From Truepera sp. (GTDB taxonomy: Bacteria > Deinococcota > Deinococci > Deinococcales > Trueperaceae), in the NCBI GenBank assembly GCA_965218435.1, contig CBDCKW010000009.1:1792001-1856000 (forward strand): a stretch of 64,000 nucleotides of DNA, in the 5' to 3' direction. The first letter of the stretch is position 1. Each line of letters opens with the position of its first letter. Position numbers and translations under genes: made by a program. The notes beneath the pieces were generated by a model. That model was given only the letters and a program-made list of their open reading frames with translations. It was not told the origin of the DNA and made no database searches. This document shows, one piece after another, positions 47,520 to 58,035 of the stretch.

Positions 47520-49281
47520 CTAAGACGACCCCTCGAGCCGCCGCAAATCGAGCACTGCGCTGATAAAGGCGGCGTGCGTGATGGTCTGCGGAAAGTTGCC
47601 GAGCGCCTGAGCAGTTTTATGGTCGGCTTCTTCAGACCAGAGCCCGAGGTCGTTGGCGTACCCTAACACCGCGTCCAAGATGCTCCGCGCCCGCGCAAAG
47701 TCGCGGCGCAACACCCAATAGTGCGCGACCCACAGGGTCGCGGCTAAAAACGCGCCCTCTTTTGCTGAGTCAAAACGCTCCAGATGCCGGTGATAAAGGG
47801 GTCCGCTCGAGAGTTGCTGCTCAATTGCCTTGACAGAAGCGACCATTTCGGGGCTGTCCGCGTCCGTATAACCCCAAACCGGAAAGAGCGCGGCGGACAC
47901 GTCTACCGCCTCCCCGCCGACAACCGCCGCGTACGCACCCTCAGGAGTTAAACAGTGCTGCGCCACGTACGCCCTGATCTCCCGACTCGTTTCGCGCCAG
48001 CGGGCCGCGTCATCTGCCGGAGCAAAGCGGGCCATCGCCTCTAAGCTGCACGCCGTCAGCACCTTGCCCACGGTGTACTGCTTTTTTTCACGTTCTTCCC
48101 AGATGCCGTAATCGGGTTCGCGCCACGCGCCCGCCAAAAAGTCGGCGACGCCGCGCATCTTGTCCCAGTGTGGGAGGTTCTCGCGCTGCCGGTCGTCTTG
48201 GTAGCAGTACTCGTAAACGAGGCAGGCCGCCAGTAACACGTCACCGTAACCGTCGAGCTGAAGCTGTTTGTTGGCACCGTTCCCGATTCTAATCGGTCGG
48301 CTGTTTTTATAGCCGGAGAGCTCGAGCGTAAACTCATCCGGCGCAACGTCGCTCGTGACCGTAAAAAAAAGGCGGCATGGGCTTGTCACTCAGACGCGGC
48401 GCACACGTCGCAATAAAGTTTAGGAAACGCCTACCTTCGGCTCCGTCGCTGCCTTCGTGGAGCAGCGCCCGCACGCCCATTCCGGCGTCGCGCAGCCACA
48501 CGTAGCGGTAGTCGTAGTTGCGCGCCCCGCCCAAGACTTCGGGCAGCGAACTCGTCGCCGCGCCGATGATGCCGCCCCCCGCTTGGCCGTCATCATCAAA
48601 GGTCAAAAGCCGGAGCGCCCGCAGCGAACTTTTGACCTCGCGCTGGTACGGACCCTCGTAGGCGCTATGTGACCCAATCTTGCGCCAGCTTGCCAGCGTG
48701 GTTTCAAGCCACCCGTCAACCTCGCCCTCGCTGGGGGACTCGAGCGGCCCGTCGCTGAGAAACGCCCAACCCGGTTCCCCTGGCGGCAAACTAAAACGCA
48801 CCTCAGCCCCGCGAATACTGAGGGCCGCAGACGCATAAAGGTAGACGTTCTCGGTGATGCGAACGCCCCCCTCAACTTTGTGAGGTCTGGCTACGTTCCG
48901 CGCGTAGTTGGGTGCCGCCTGTAGCGTAACGGTTGTAGGAACAGGCGCGGCCGAAAAACGCCGACAGAGGCCGCGCGGCAGTCCGCTCCCCAGCGGCATA
49001 AAGTCGGTGACTTGCCAAGGCCCTCGCGCCGTCCCCGCTACTGACAAGGTGGTCGTCAGCACCCCGCTCTGCTCGAGGTAGCGCCGCTCTACAAACCTGG
49101 CTGCAGCGGTCTGGTCGGGAGAAATCTTCCACTCGCCACCTTTTTCAGCGTCTAACAGCGAGGCAAACAGCGTCGGTGCGTCAAACTGTCCTGGGCAGTA
49201 CCAGACCACGCTCCCCTGTTTGTCTACGAGCGCCGCCGTGCGCCGGTCGCCGATAATTGCCAGGTCTTCTATGTTGGACAA
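47520..49281 (-). pseudogene. GH15 (glucoamylase/trehalase-like) gene frameshifted at a T8 tract
   Basis: N-half 48334-49281 (IGDRRTAALV, AATSSLPE...RNYDYRYVWLRD) and C-half 47520-48389 (QLDGYG, DYGIWEER, EGAF, SEE, GNFPQ) join if one base is removed from A8 at 48363-48370. Confidence 0.88.
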
Positions 49282-49317
49282 AAAGCTCTCCCTGTTAGGT
49301 TTGTGTCGTTTAGCTTT

Positions 49318-49743
49318 TTAGCAAGTACGGCGCAGCGCCCGGTAGGTCGCGCCGAGAACCAGACCGTAAAGCGCGTGGTCCAAAACTTCACCCGTCATCC
49401 AGGTCGCGCGGCGAGGTAAGGCCAGCTTTTTTCCGTTGAGGCGGTCCATCAGCGGCTTTGAGAGGACGACCCCACCGCCGTGAAGCGCCCCGAAGATGAA
49501 GCCGTCACGGGCTCCCGCTTTGCCTATGCCCGCCTCCCAGAGCGCCACGTAAGCGGGCGCAAAAAGCATGCCCAACGCTAGAGAGACGGGCTCCTCGAGC
49601 CTTTCGGGTTCACGCGTGAGCTGCGCTGCAATCAGGTGGTCGAGGTCGTGCTCGAGCCGACCGTAACGCGGAAACAGCCGCACGGCAGCAAGCATCGCCA
49701 GCGACCCGGCAACCCCGGCGAGCAAGGTATCTCTGAGGTGCAT
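49318..49743 (-). CDS. Small membrane protein (paralog of 47022-47468)
   Basis: ATG 49743 after AAGGGAG. FAPAYVALWEAG, FGALHG, DHALYG. Confidence 0.8.
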   Translation of the reverse strand: MHLRDTLLAGVAGSLAMLAAVRLFPRYGRLEHDLDHLIAAQLTREPERLEEPVSLALGMLFAPAYVALWEAGIGKAGARDGFIFGALHGGGVVLSKPLMDRLNGKKLALPRRATWMTGEVLDHALYGLVLGATYRALRRTC

Positions 49744-49754
49744 GTCAACTCCCT

Positions 49755-50753
49755 TCACGCTTCGCGCTCGAGCAAAAACGCTGCGAGCGCAAGTGCGCCC
49801 AAGCCGAGCAGCACCTGCGGGCGGTGCGTGGTGTACCACAGCGCCACACTTTTTTCATGTGCCCGACTGCTAAACGCGCCGCGTGCGCCGTGGTCGCCTG
49901 CGACGGGACTATACAAGTTGCTGGGGCGATCGTGGTCGGCGGGCGCATCCGTTTGCTGCGAGCTGTAGCCCGTCCAGCCCATATAGTAGTCGAGCAGTCC
50001 CGGAATGAACTTCTGTCCCATGATCGCTGCGTAGGTCATCGAGCCCACCCAGACTTCGCGCTGCGGGTGATCGGCAGCGTAGATGATGCCCTCAGCCGCC
50101 ACCTCGGGTTGATAGATCGGCGGTACCGGTTGCGCCTTGTGCGGCAGTTTGCTTTTGACCCAGCCAAACTGCGGGGTGTTTAGGGCGGGCATCTGCACCA
50201 CCGTAATTTTGACGTTGCTCTTGTCGTGGATCAGCTCGGAGCGCAGCGAGTCTAGATAGCCCATAATCCCGCTTTTGGCTCCGCAATAGGCCGACTGGAG
50301 CGGGACGCTCCGCACCGCCAGCGCCGAGCCGACCTGGATGATGTGGCCTCGGTCCCGGGGCAACATGTGTTTCAGCGCCGCCATCGTGCCATAAACCGAC
50401 CCCAGATAGGTCACTTCGGTTGCCCGCTGGTAATCCTTGGGGTCAATCTCTTTAAGCGGCGCAAAGATTGACGCAAAGGCGTCGTTGACCCAGATGTCAA
50501 TGGGGCCAAACGCATCTTCGACGGCTTGCGCCGCCTGCGCGACCGCCTCGGCGTCGGACACGTCGGTTGGGAGCACGAGCGCCTTACCGCCGTACCGCTC
50601 AACTTCGGCGCGGGTGGCCTCGAGCCCCTCCTCTCCCCGTGCTAAAAGTCCGATATACGCCCCCCGCTTGGCAAACGCCCGCACCGTAGCGCGGCCCACT
50701 CCGGCACTCGCCCCGGTAACGACCACAACTTCGGGTTTAGTTGACTTTTTCAT
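49755..50753 (-). CDS. SDR oxidoreductase with hydrophobic C-tail
   Basis: TGASAGVG, YCGAK (YxxxK), MPALNTPQF. Confidence 0.93.
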   Translation of the reverse strand: MKKSTKPEVVVVTGASAGVGRATVRAFAKRGAYIGLLARGEEGLEATRAEVERYGGKALVLPTDVSDAEAVAQAAQAVEDAFGPIDIWVNDAFASIFAPLKEIDPKDYQRATEVTYLGSVYGTMAALKHMLPRDRGHIIQVGSALAVRSVPLQSAYCGAKSGIMGYLDSLRSELIHDKSNVKITVVQMPALNTPQFGWVKSKLPHKAQPVPPIYQPEVAAEGIIYAADHPQREVWVGSMTYAAIMGQKFIPGLLDYYMGWTGYSSQQTDAPADHDRPSNLYSPVAGDHGARGAFSSRAHEKSVALWYTTHRPQVLLGLGALALAAFLLEREA

Positions 50754-50925
50754 TAGCTACCTCCTAAGTACCTTTGAGACGTGTGTTTCAAAGATAGCCT
50801 TAGCACAGCTGACACCGCTAGGCTCGGCTCAAATAGCAGTAAAGCAAGCCTACACACTGTGCTAGACAAGCTCGACACTGCCCTACAGCACCCGTTTGGT
50901 CTCCCTGCTGCTAGCTTTCCGGTGT

Positions 50926-51381
50926 TCAAGCATCTAGGTCAATCAGCGCCAGACCGAATTCTTTAACCATCCGCCGTTTGAGGTGCGCGGGCGTTTCGCT
51001 TAAGACGACCTCTAAAGTCGGGCGGACATACGCCTCCAAGATGTGCCCACCGTGCGCCGTGCCGTCACGTTTACCGACCACCACGTGCGCGTGAATTTGC
51101 AGCTGACCGTCTTTTTTAGAGGCCCCGCCCTTCAGCGACACGTCGCCTACGAGTGAGAGCACTTCAACTTGTTCAGCTACGGGGATATGAACGTAAGCTT
51201 GCGTATCCAGGTCAAAATAACCGAGCGTCGCCCGCTCGAACGCGCCGAGCGCCGTAAAATGGGCACCGTCAAGCCCAGCTTCCTTGGCGAACTGCGTCAA
51301 TCCGGCAATGACTTCATCGCCCGCGTCGAAGACGATCGCATAGGTTTTTTGGGCTCCTTCAGCCAGCAGTTTAGTTTTCAT
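50926..51381 (-). CDS. PPC/DUF296 domain protein
   Basis: EVLSLVGD, IHAHVVVG...AHGGH, PTLEV. Confidence 0.92.
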   Translation of the reverse strand: MKTKLLAEGAQKTYAIVFDAGDEVIAGLTQFAKEAGLDGAHFTALGAFERATLGYFDLDTQAYVHIPVAEQVEVLSLVGDVSLKGGASKKDGQLQIHAHVVVGKRDGTAHGGHILEAYVRPTLEVVLSETPAHLKRRMVKEFGLALIDLDA

Positions 51382-51395
51382 GCTGCCCCTTTTTC

Positions 51396-54300
51396 TCAAG
51401 CTCGTCGGTGTTTGGTGGCTCTGGCCGCGAGGAGGCCGCCCCCCAGGACGAGCAGCCCCAGCCCTACGCCTACCGCCACCGGGCTCGGCCCTGTTTTGAC
51501 CTGGCGGTTATAGTTACGGCGTTCGGGGTAGGGTTCGGGGGCACGGTCCCCTTCGTGGAGCGCCAGCTGCAGAACTTGCGCGAGGTGCATCCCTTGGCGG
51601 TCGGTCGCGCCTTCCGTCTGCTCTTTGCACGAAAAGCCGTCCATGATGATGAGCGTCTCGTCGTTGGCTTCACGAATTTTCGGGAGCAAGATGCGCTCGC
51701 CCGCCCGCATCGAGATATCGTACTTCTCCTGCGAAAAGCCGAACGACCCGGCCATCCCACAACAGCCCGCGTCGAGCACGTCGAGGTCTAAATCCATCTT
51801 TTTTAAGACGGCGATTTCCGCGTCCATCTTCATAATGGCTTTGTGCTGACAGTGCCCGTGCACCACGGCTTTGCGCTTTAGTTTCGGCGGCACGTACTGC
51901 TGCCGCTCCAAGTATTCGCTCAGCATAAAGGTGCTGTGCGACAGGCGTTTGGCGTCTTCGTCGTTAGGGAACAAGTTGACCAACTCGTCGCGAAAAGCTG
52001 CCACGCAACTCGGCTCGAGCCCCACAATCGGCACCCCGTCCCGTAAATACGGGCGCAGCACCCCAATCGTTTGTTGCCACAACTTTTCAGCTTCGTCCAA
52101 CATCCCAAAGTCGTACAAGGGGCGACCACAGCACAAGGGGCGCGGCGGAATCTCGACGGTGTACCCGGCTCGCTCTAAAACCTCAACGGCGGCTTTGGCC
52201 GCTTCGGGTTTGAGGTAGTTGTTAAAAGTGTCAGGCCAGAGCAGCACGCGCTCCGTGGTGAAGGGTTTAAGCCCGGAGATCAAGTTGAGCTTTTTGCCGT
52301 CGCCGTGGTGCGGCATCGACGAGGTCGTATAGGTGTCGTGCCGTGAGCGGGGCAGGTCGCCGTAGTCGAGCGGCTCACTCTCGTCCGTGCGCGGCGCGTC
52401 GGGCTTATAGGTAAAGGTGCGGGCGCGGAACCACTCGGTAAAAGATTGTGGGGCAAAGCTCGGCATGGTGCGTTCTTGGGCAATGCCGCCGAGACTCTTG
52501 ACGACCGAGGCAAACGGCGGGGTTTGAGTAAAAAAGTTGGCTAAGGGCGCAATGGGTTTGGCAATCCGTGCCCACCAGTAGATCAGCCCCATCGTGTACG
52601 CTGTCACCGGGCGCAGTTTGCCTTCGTAGTAGTGCGATAAAAATTCGGCTTTGTAGGTGGCCATATCTACATTCACCGGGCACTCGTTTTTACAGGCTTT
52701 GCAGGCGAGGCAGAGCTCGAGCGCGTCCTTCACGCTGTCGTCGTGCCAGCCGTCGGCGATCACGTCGCTACGGAGCATTTCAAAAAGCAGCCGCGAACGC
52801 CCCCGCGTCGAATCTTCCTCTTCGCGGGTGACCATATACGAAGGGCACATCGTCCCGCTCTCGTCGCTACGGCACTTGCCGACGCCCACGCAGCGGTTGA
52901 CCGCGTTGGCAAACGAAAAGTTATCGTCAGGATACTTGAAGTGCGTTACAACCTGTTTTGGCGTGTAGTCCGGCCCCGTCCGCAGGTTTTGGTCGGGTTG
53001 ATAAGGCGAGACGACCTTGTGCGGGTTCATCTTGTTGTCCGGGTCCCAGATGCGCTTAAACTCACCGAACGCGTGAACGAGGTCGTCGCCGTACATAATC
53101 GGCAACAGGGCGGCCCGCGCCTGCCCGTCGCCGTGCTCACCTGAAAGCGAGCCGCCGTATTTGACCACCAAGTGCGCCGCCCGGTTGAGAAAGTCCAACC
53201 ACTGCCGGACGCCCTCCTCACTGTGGAGGCCGAAGTCAATCCGGCAGTGAATACACCCCTGCCCGAAGTGACCGTAAAGTGAGCAGTCGTAGCCGAATTC
53301 GTCGAGCAAATCGCGGAAGTCGCGCAGGTATTTGCCGACGTTTTCCGGCGCGACCGCTGCGTCCTCCCAACCGGGGAAAAACTCGGGCAAACCGGGAACG
53401 TGCGCCGTCGCCCCTAACCCCGACTCGCGCACCTGCCAGAGCTGATCTTTTTCCCACTCGTCGGTATAGAGCTTCATGCTCGGCGCGTCGTCCTGCTCTT
53501 TCAGCTCGTCCATCAGGTTGCGGGCCTGCGCTTCAGCATCTTCTTTTTTATCCGCGCCGAACTCAACGAACAAAAAACCGCGACCCTCAGGCAGCATCTC
53601 GATATCGTTGGGGTGCATCCCCTTTTTTTGCATATAGCCGATCAGTTTGTGGTCGAGCCCTTCGCAGCCGGTCGGTTTGTGTTTCATCACCAAACTCGCG
53701 TGGTCACCCGCTTCGTACACACTCGGGTAACCGAGTACGACCAAGACGCGCTCGGGGAGGTAGTGCTGCAGTTTGACCTTGGCTGACAAGACGACGACAC
53801 AGGTGCCTTCAGAACCGACCAAAGCTTGCGCGACGTTGAAGTCGTGCTCGGGCAGCAAGTAGTCGAGGTTAAAGCCCGACACGCGGCGCGGGATGTCGGG
53901 ATAGATTTTACGAATCTCGTCGGCGTGGGCGTCGCGCAGCCGTTTGAGGTCGGCGTAAAGCTGTCCTTTGCGGCCCCCGGCGGCGATGATTTTTTCCAGT
54001 TCTTCATCGCTCGTCGCTCCGACGCTCAGGCGTTCACCGTCATAGGTCACGATGTCCAAAGACTCGACTTGGTTGACCGTCAGCGGGCCGTGGCCGTAAA
54101 ACTGCGCCATTACCGAGTGGATACCGCACGAATTGTTCCCGATCATCCCGCCCAGGGTGTTGTAGGCGTGGGTCGCCGGGTCGGGGCCGTAGGTCAGCCC
54201 GTACTTCGCTTGCGCCTTCGTGCGGAGCGTATCCAAGATACACCCCGGCTGCACGGTCGCCGTCTGCGCGTCGGGGTCAATCTCCAAAACCTTATCCATA

Positions 54301-54698
54301 TATTTGGAAAAGTCGAGGATGACTGCGACGTTGGTGGTCTGCCCGGCCAAACTGGTACCGCCGCCACGTGAGGTAATCGGCGCACCGTATTTACGGCAGA
54401 GCCGCACCGTTTCGGTGACGTCGCGCTCGTCTTTAGGTAGCACGACTCCAATCGGCACCTGCCGGTAGTTTGAGGCGTCGGTCGAGTAGGTGCCGCGGCT
54501 ACCTGTATCAAACCGCACCTCACCGCGGACGGCGGCGCTCAGCTCGTCGGCGAGGGCTTGGGCGTAGTCGGGTTGGTCGGCTGTAAAGGTACGCTCCGGT
54601 TTGACGGTCCGCATCCCCGTGTAGTGGGTGTAGCCCTGTTCGTGCGCGACGACCGGCAAGCTAAACCTGTCTTGTGATTTTGACTGAGGTTGATCCAT
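51396..54698 (-). CDS. FAD-binding / 4Fe-4S / CCG-domain oxidoreductase (YdiJ/GlcDF-like)
   Basis: RGGGTSLAGQ, GGMIGNNSCG, SGEHGDG, CVGVGKC, CLACKACKNECP, CCGRP, CCGMAG. C-terminal TM segment. Confidence 0.93.
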   Translation of the reverse strand: MDQPQSKSQDRFSLPVVAHEQGYTHYTGMRTVKPERTFTADQPDYAQALADELSAAVRGEVRFDTGSRGTYSTDASNYRQVPIGVVLPKDERDVTETVRLCRKYGAPITSRGGGTSLAGQTTNVAVILDFSKYMDKVLEIDPDAQTATVQPGCILDTLRTKAQAKYGLTYGPDPATHAYNTLGGMIGNNSCGIHSVMAQFYGHGPLTVNQVESLDIVTYDGERLSVGATSDEELEKIIAAGGRKGQLYADLKRLRDAHADEIRKIYPDIPRRVSGFNLDYLLPEHDFNVAQALVGSEGTCVVVLSAKVKLQHYLPERVLVVLGYPSVYEAGDHASLVMKHKPTGCEGLDHKLIGYMQKKGMHPNDIEMLPEGRGFLFVEFGADKKEDAEAQARNLMDELKEQDDAPSMKLYTDEWEKDQLWQVRESGLGATAHVPGLPEFFPGWEDAAVAPENVGKYLRDFRDLLDEFGYDCSLYGHFGQGCIHCRIDFGLHSEEGVRQWLDFLNRAAHLVVKYGGSLSGEHGDGQARAALLPIMYGDDLVHAFGEFKRIWDPDNKMNPHKVVSPYQPDQNLRTGPDYTPKQVVTHFKYPDDNFSFANAVNRCVGVGKCRSDESGTMCPSYMVTREEEDSTRGRSRLLFEMLRSDVIADGWHDDSVKDALELCLACKACKNECPVNVDMATYKAEFLSHYYEGKLRPVTAYTMGLIYWWARIAKPIAPLANFFTQTPPFASVVKSLGGIAQERTMPSFAPQSFTEWFRARTFTYKPDAPRTDESEPLDYGDLPRSRHDTYTTSSMPHHGDGKKLNLISGLKPFTTERVLLWPDTFNNYLKPEAAKAAVEVLERAGYTVEIPPRPLCCGRPLYDFGMLDEAEKLWQQTIGVLRPYLRDGVPIVGLEPSCVAAFRDELVNLFPNDEDAKRLSHSTFMLSEYLERQQYVPPKLKRKAVVHGHCQHKAIMKMDAEIAVLKKMDLDLDVLDAGCCGMAGSFGFSQEKYDISMRAGERILLPKIREANDETLIIMDGFSCKEQTEGATDRQGMHLAQVLQLALHEGDRAPEPYPERRNYNRQVKTGPSPVAVGVGLGLLVLGGGLLAARATKHRRA

Positions 54699-54716
54699 TT
54701 GTGCTCCTTTACACCG

Positions 54717-55802
54717 CTAGACCGCGTAGGGCGCGGCGTCCTGACGTCTAAACTCGAGCCCCAACCCCGGCCGTGACAAGTCGGGGATAAGGTGGCCGTT
54801 TTTTAGTTCGGGCAACCCGCCAAAAAACATCCGCTCAATTCGTGCATGGTCGTGAAAGTATTCCAAGTGCATGGTGACCTTGGCCGAACACCCCGGCTGC
54901 ACGTGCAAGCCGGGCGCACAGTGCGACGAGAGTGACAGCTCGAACGCTTCGGCTAGATGCGCGACTTTGAGCCAGCCCGTGATTCCGGCGCAGCGCGTGC
55001 AATCCGCTTGCAAAATGTCTACCGACTGTTCTTCCAACAGCCGCCGAAAATACGGCAGGTCGTAACCGTACTCGCCCACCGTGATGGCCATCCCTGCCGG
55101 GGCGCGGTCCCGCATCAGCCGCAGGCCCACATGGTCATGGGAAACAACCGGTTCTTCAAACCAGGTGACGTAGTAGTCAGTAAATTTTTCCGCAAACGCG
55201 AGCGCCTCTTTGCGGGTGTACGCGCCGTTGGCGTCCACATAGAGTTCGGTGTCCGGGCCGATGGCGTCTCGAGCCGCTTTGACGCGCTCTAACTCGCGCC
55301 CCCGCCCGATCTTCATCTTGACCTTCGTCATCCCCTCCGTCACCCAACCGCTGAGCTGTTTTTGTAAGGTGTCGTCGTCATACGAGGTAAAGCCGCCGCT
55401 GCCGTAAACCTCTACGCTGTTTCTCGAGCGCCCCAGTAAACTCACCACACTCTGCCCCAACAGCTTGCCTTTAAGATCCCAAAGCGCGTTGTCTACCGCT
55501 GAAATCGCCATGCTGCTGACGCCCCCGCGCCCCTGATTACGGACAGCGTGGACCATCGCGTTCCAAGTCCCGGGAATGTCGAGAGCGTCCCGGCCTTTGA
55601 CAACTCCGGCGAGCAGTTCTTCGATAAACTTGCCGGTGGCGGCGCTCGCGTAGCTGTAGCCGAGGCCGGTCTTACCGCCAGCCGAGACCTCGACCAAAAC
55701 AAGGGTCGTGCTGTCCCACTTGAGGGTGCCGTCCGATTCGGGTCGGTCGGTCGGGATTTTATAAGCGGAGACTTTTAGGTCAGTAACCGTTGTCTCGTCC
55801 AC
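54717..55802 (-). CDS. Mandelate racemase / enolase-superfamily protein
   Basis: KMK, VDANG, WFEEP, GEY, SSHC, EYFHDH. Confidence 0.92.
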   Translation of the reverse strand: MDETTVTDLKVSAYKIPTDRPESDGTLKWDSTTLVLVEVSAGGKTGLGYSYASAATGKFIEELLAGVVKGRDALDIPGTWNAMVHAVRNQGRGGVSSMAISAVDNALWDLKGKLLGQSVVSLLGRSRNSVEVYGSGGFTSYDDDTLQKQLSGWVTEGMTKVKMKIGRGRELERVKAARDAIGPDTELYVDANGAYTRKEALAFAEKFTDYYVTWFEEPVVSHDHVGLRLMRDRAPAGMAITVGEYGYDLPYFRRLLEEQSVDILQADCTRCAGITGWLKVAHLAEAFELSLSSHCAPGLHVQPGCSAKVTMHLEYFHDHARIERMFFGGLPELKNGHLIPDLSRPGLGLEFRRQDAAPYAV

Positions 55803-55804
55803 CG

Positions 55805-57643
55805 CTACCGCTCGTCGTCCCTCTGCCTTTTGCCACCCCCGATATGTAAGGCGTTTTTAACCTTTTGCACTTCCTCGGCAGTAAGCGATAAAGCCGATTC
55901 TTTAATCACTCCCCACTCGTTAGGGTCCCACTTGAGGAGCGCCTCGGCGGTGTGCAGCGCGTATTCTCTCGAGATGTGTGGCGGCAGCGGCGGGGTGTTT
56001 TTGTCGGTGTAAAAGTCGAGGAGCGTCACACCCTGATGGGCAAACGCTTCATCCCAGGCCGACGCCACGTCTTTAGGATCGGTCACCTTGACGCCCTTAA
56101 AACCCAAGACTTCGGCGTAAGCGGCGTAGTCCATCGTCTCGACCGCTTGCGAACCGGGCCAACGCGGATTGCCGTCTTCGGTGCGCATCTCCCACGAGAC
56201 CTGTGTGAGGTCGTCGTTGTGTAAAACCAGGATGATGAACTGCTTGTTCTCCCAGGTATCCTGATATTTTTTGATGGTGATCAGTTCGTTCATCCCGAGC
56301 ATCTGAAACGCACCGTCGCCGATGGTGCAAACTACGGTGCGTTCCGGATAGGCAAATTTGGCCGCCACCGCGTAGGGCATCGCCGCGAGCATCGTCGCCA
56401 GACGCCCGGACAGGTCGCCCATCATCTCTTTGCGTAAGCGGATATGGTGACCGTACCAGTCGGCGGTCGAGCCCGCGTCACAAGTCACGATGGCATTGTC
56501 GGGCAGCCGTTTGTTGAGTTCTAAAAAGACCAGGCGGGGGTTGACCGGGTTCGCCTCGACCTGCGCGAGGGCGACCATGATGTCTTCCCACTGCTGCATC
56601 TTCGTGCTGATTTTGTGCTGCCAGCTCTTGTCGTCTTTTGGCTCAATATACGGCAAGAGCGCCTGAAGGGTTGGCTTGACGTCACCCCAAAGGTTAAGGT
56701 CCATCGGGTAGCGCAAGCTGAGGTTGGTGGGTCTGAGGTCAAGCTGAATCCCTTTGGCCTGCCCCGTTTCGGGTAAGTACTGGCTGTACGGATAGTTCGA
56801 GCCGAGCATCAGCAGCGTGTCACACTCTTTCATGATGTCGGAACTCGGCAGCGTCCCGAGCAAGCCGAGCTGCTGCGTGTGATAGGGCACGTCCGCCGAG
56901 ACGACCTGCTTACCGCGCAGCGCCGTCACGATACCCGCACCCGTTTTTTCAGCCAGCGCGACGATTTCGTCGCCCGCTCCCTTTGAACCGTGGCCGACGA
57001 GGATGCCCACCTTTTGACCGGCGTTGATGATCTCAGCGGCCTTTTTAAGCTCGTCCTCCGGCGGGATAAACGAGGTCGAGGGTGCGCCGACGCCGCTCCG
57101 CGCCACCCACAGCTGCATCGCCGGTTCTTTCATCTCCAGTGCCTGAATATCGTGCGGGAAGATCACTACGCACGGCTGCAACTGCGTTTTCGCCACGCGA
57201 AAGGCGCGGTCGATCACCGCTTGCGCCTGCATCGGCGTGACGATAGTCTGCACGTAAGCGGCGACGTCGCTAAAGGTTCGCTCGAGGTTGCTCTCTTGCT
57301 GCACCGACGTACCAAACGAGTCAAGCCCCTGCTGACCGACGATGGCCACGACCGGCTGGTTGTCCATCTGTGCGTCGTAAAGCCCGTTGAGCATATGAAA
57401 CGCACCGGGGGAAGAAGTCGCCATACAAACCCCGACTTCGCCCGTAAACTTCGCGTGTGCCGTCGCCATCAGCGCACAGATTTCTTCGTGGGTCGGCCTG
57501 ATATAAGAAATAGGTAGACCTTCACGGTCGGCCCGCCCCAACGCGCCGTCAAGTGCGCCGATACCGTCACCGGGGAAACCGAAGATTCGAGATACCCCCC
57601 AGTCAATCATCCGCCGAATAACAAAATCACTAACTGTAGCCAT
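55805..57643 (-). CDS. Thiamine-diphosphate-dependent enzyme (pyruvate oxidase-like family)
   Basis: FGFPGDG, HEE, GDGAFQM...HN ThDP motif. Confidence 0.92.
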   Translation of the reverse strand: MATVSDFVIRRMIDWGVSRIFGFPGDGIGALDGALGRADREGLPISYIRPTHEEICALMATAHAKFTGEVGVCMATSSPGAFHMLNGLYDAQMDNQPVVAIVGQQGLDSFGTSVQQESNLERTFSDVAAYVQTIVTPMQAQAVIDRAFRVAKTQLQPCVVIFPHDIQALEMKEPAMQLWVARSGVGAPSTSFIPPEDELKKAAEIINAGQKVGILVGHGSKGAGDEIVALAEKTGAGIVTALRGKQVVSADVPYHTQQLGLLGTLPSSDIMKECDTLLMLGSNYPYSQYLPETGQAKGIQLDLRPTNLSLRYPMDLNLWGDVKPTLQALLPYIEPKDDKSWQHKISTKMQQWEDIMVALAQVEANPVNPRLVFLELNKRLPDNAIVTCDAGSTADWYGHHIRLRKEMMGDLSGRLATMLAAMPYAVAAKFAYPERTVVCTIGDGAFQMLGMNELITIKKYQDTWENKQFIILVLHNDDLTQVSWEMRTEDGNPRWPGSQAVETMDYAAYAEVLGFKGVKVTDPKDVASAWDEAFAHQGVTLLDFYTDKNTPPLPPHISREYALHTAEALLKWDPNEWGVIKESALSLTAEEVQKVKNALHIGGGKRQRDDER

Positions 57644-58035
57644 TTGACTCTCCCCTCGAGTGCTGGCGTGCGCTATGTGCCAAAGCGTAGGCCCACCTAA
57701 AACCGGGCAACTGTAGCTTTATTTACGGTTCAAACCGAATGCGGCTGTAGAGAGGTTGCCAGAGGTCTCGTCTCAAAGCCCGGATACTTCTCAGAACCGA
57801 AGTCGTGTTCTGAATACTCGAGCCGCCTCTAAAAAGAGGACTCGAGCCCACCCCGGACACAACAAAACCCCGTACAAACACAGCTTAACGGGACTCTATT
57901 GACCTTTGCTTTTTCACGTTTTGAGCGCGTAAGAGCCGCTGGAGTCTTCGCCGAACTACTAGATTCTGACCTTCTTCCGTAAGCCACCCTGCAGACGCTC
58001 CAGCCGACGACAAATCGACACAACCCGGCTCAAAC

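Noticed and set aside
57644..58035. TPP riboswitch upstream of the ThDP enzyme
   Set aside because: The minus strand has CTGAGAAGTATCC but lacks the downstream CCTGA...TAAT...GCG.AGG core.
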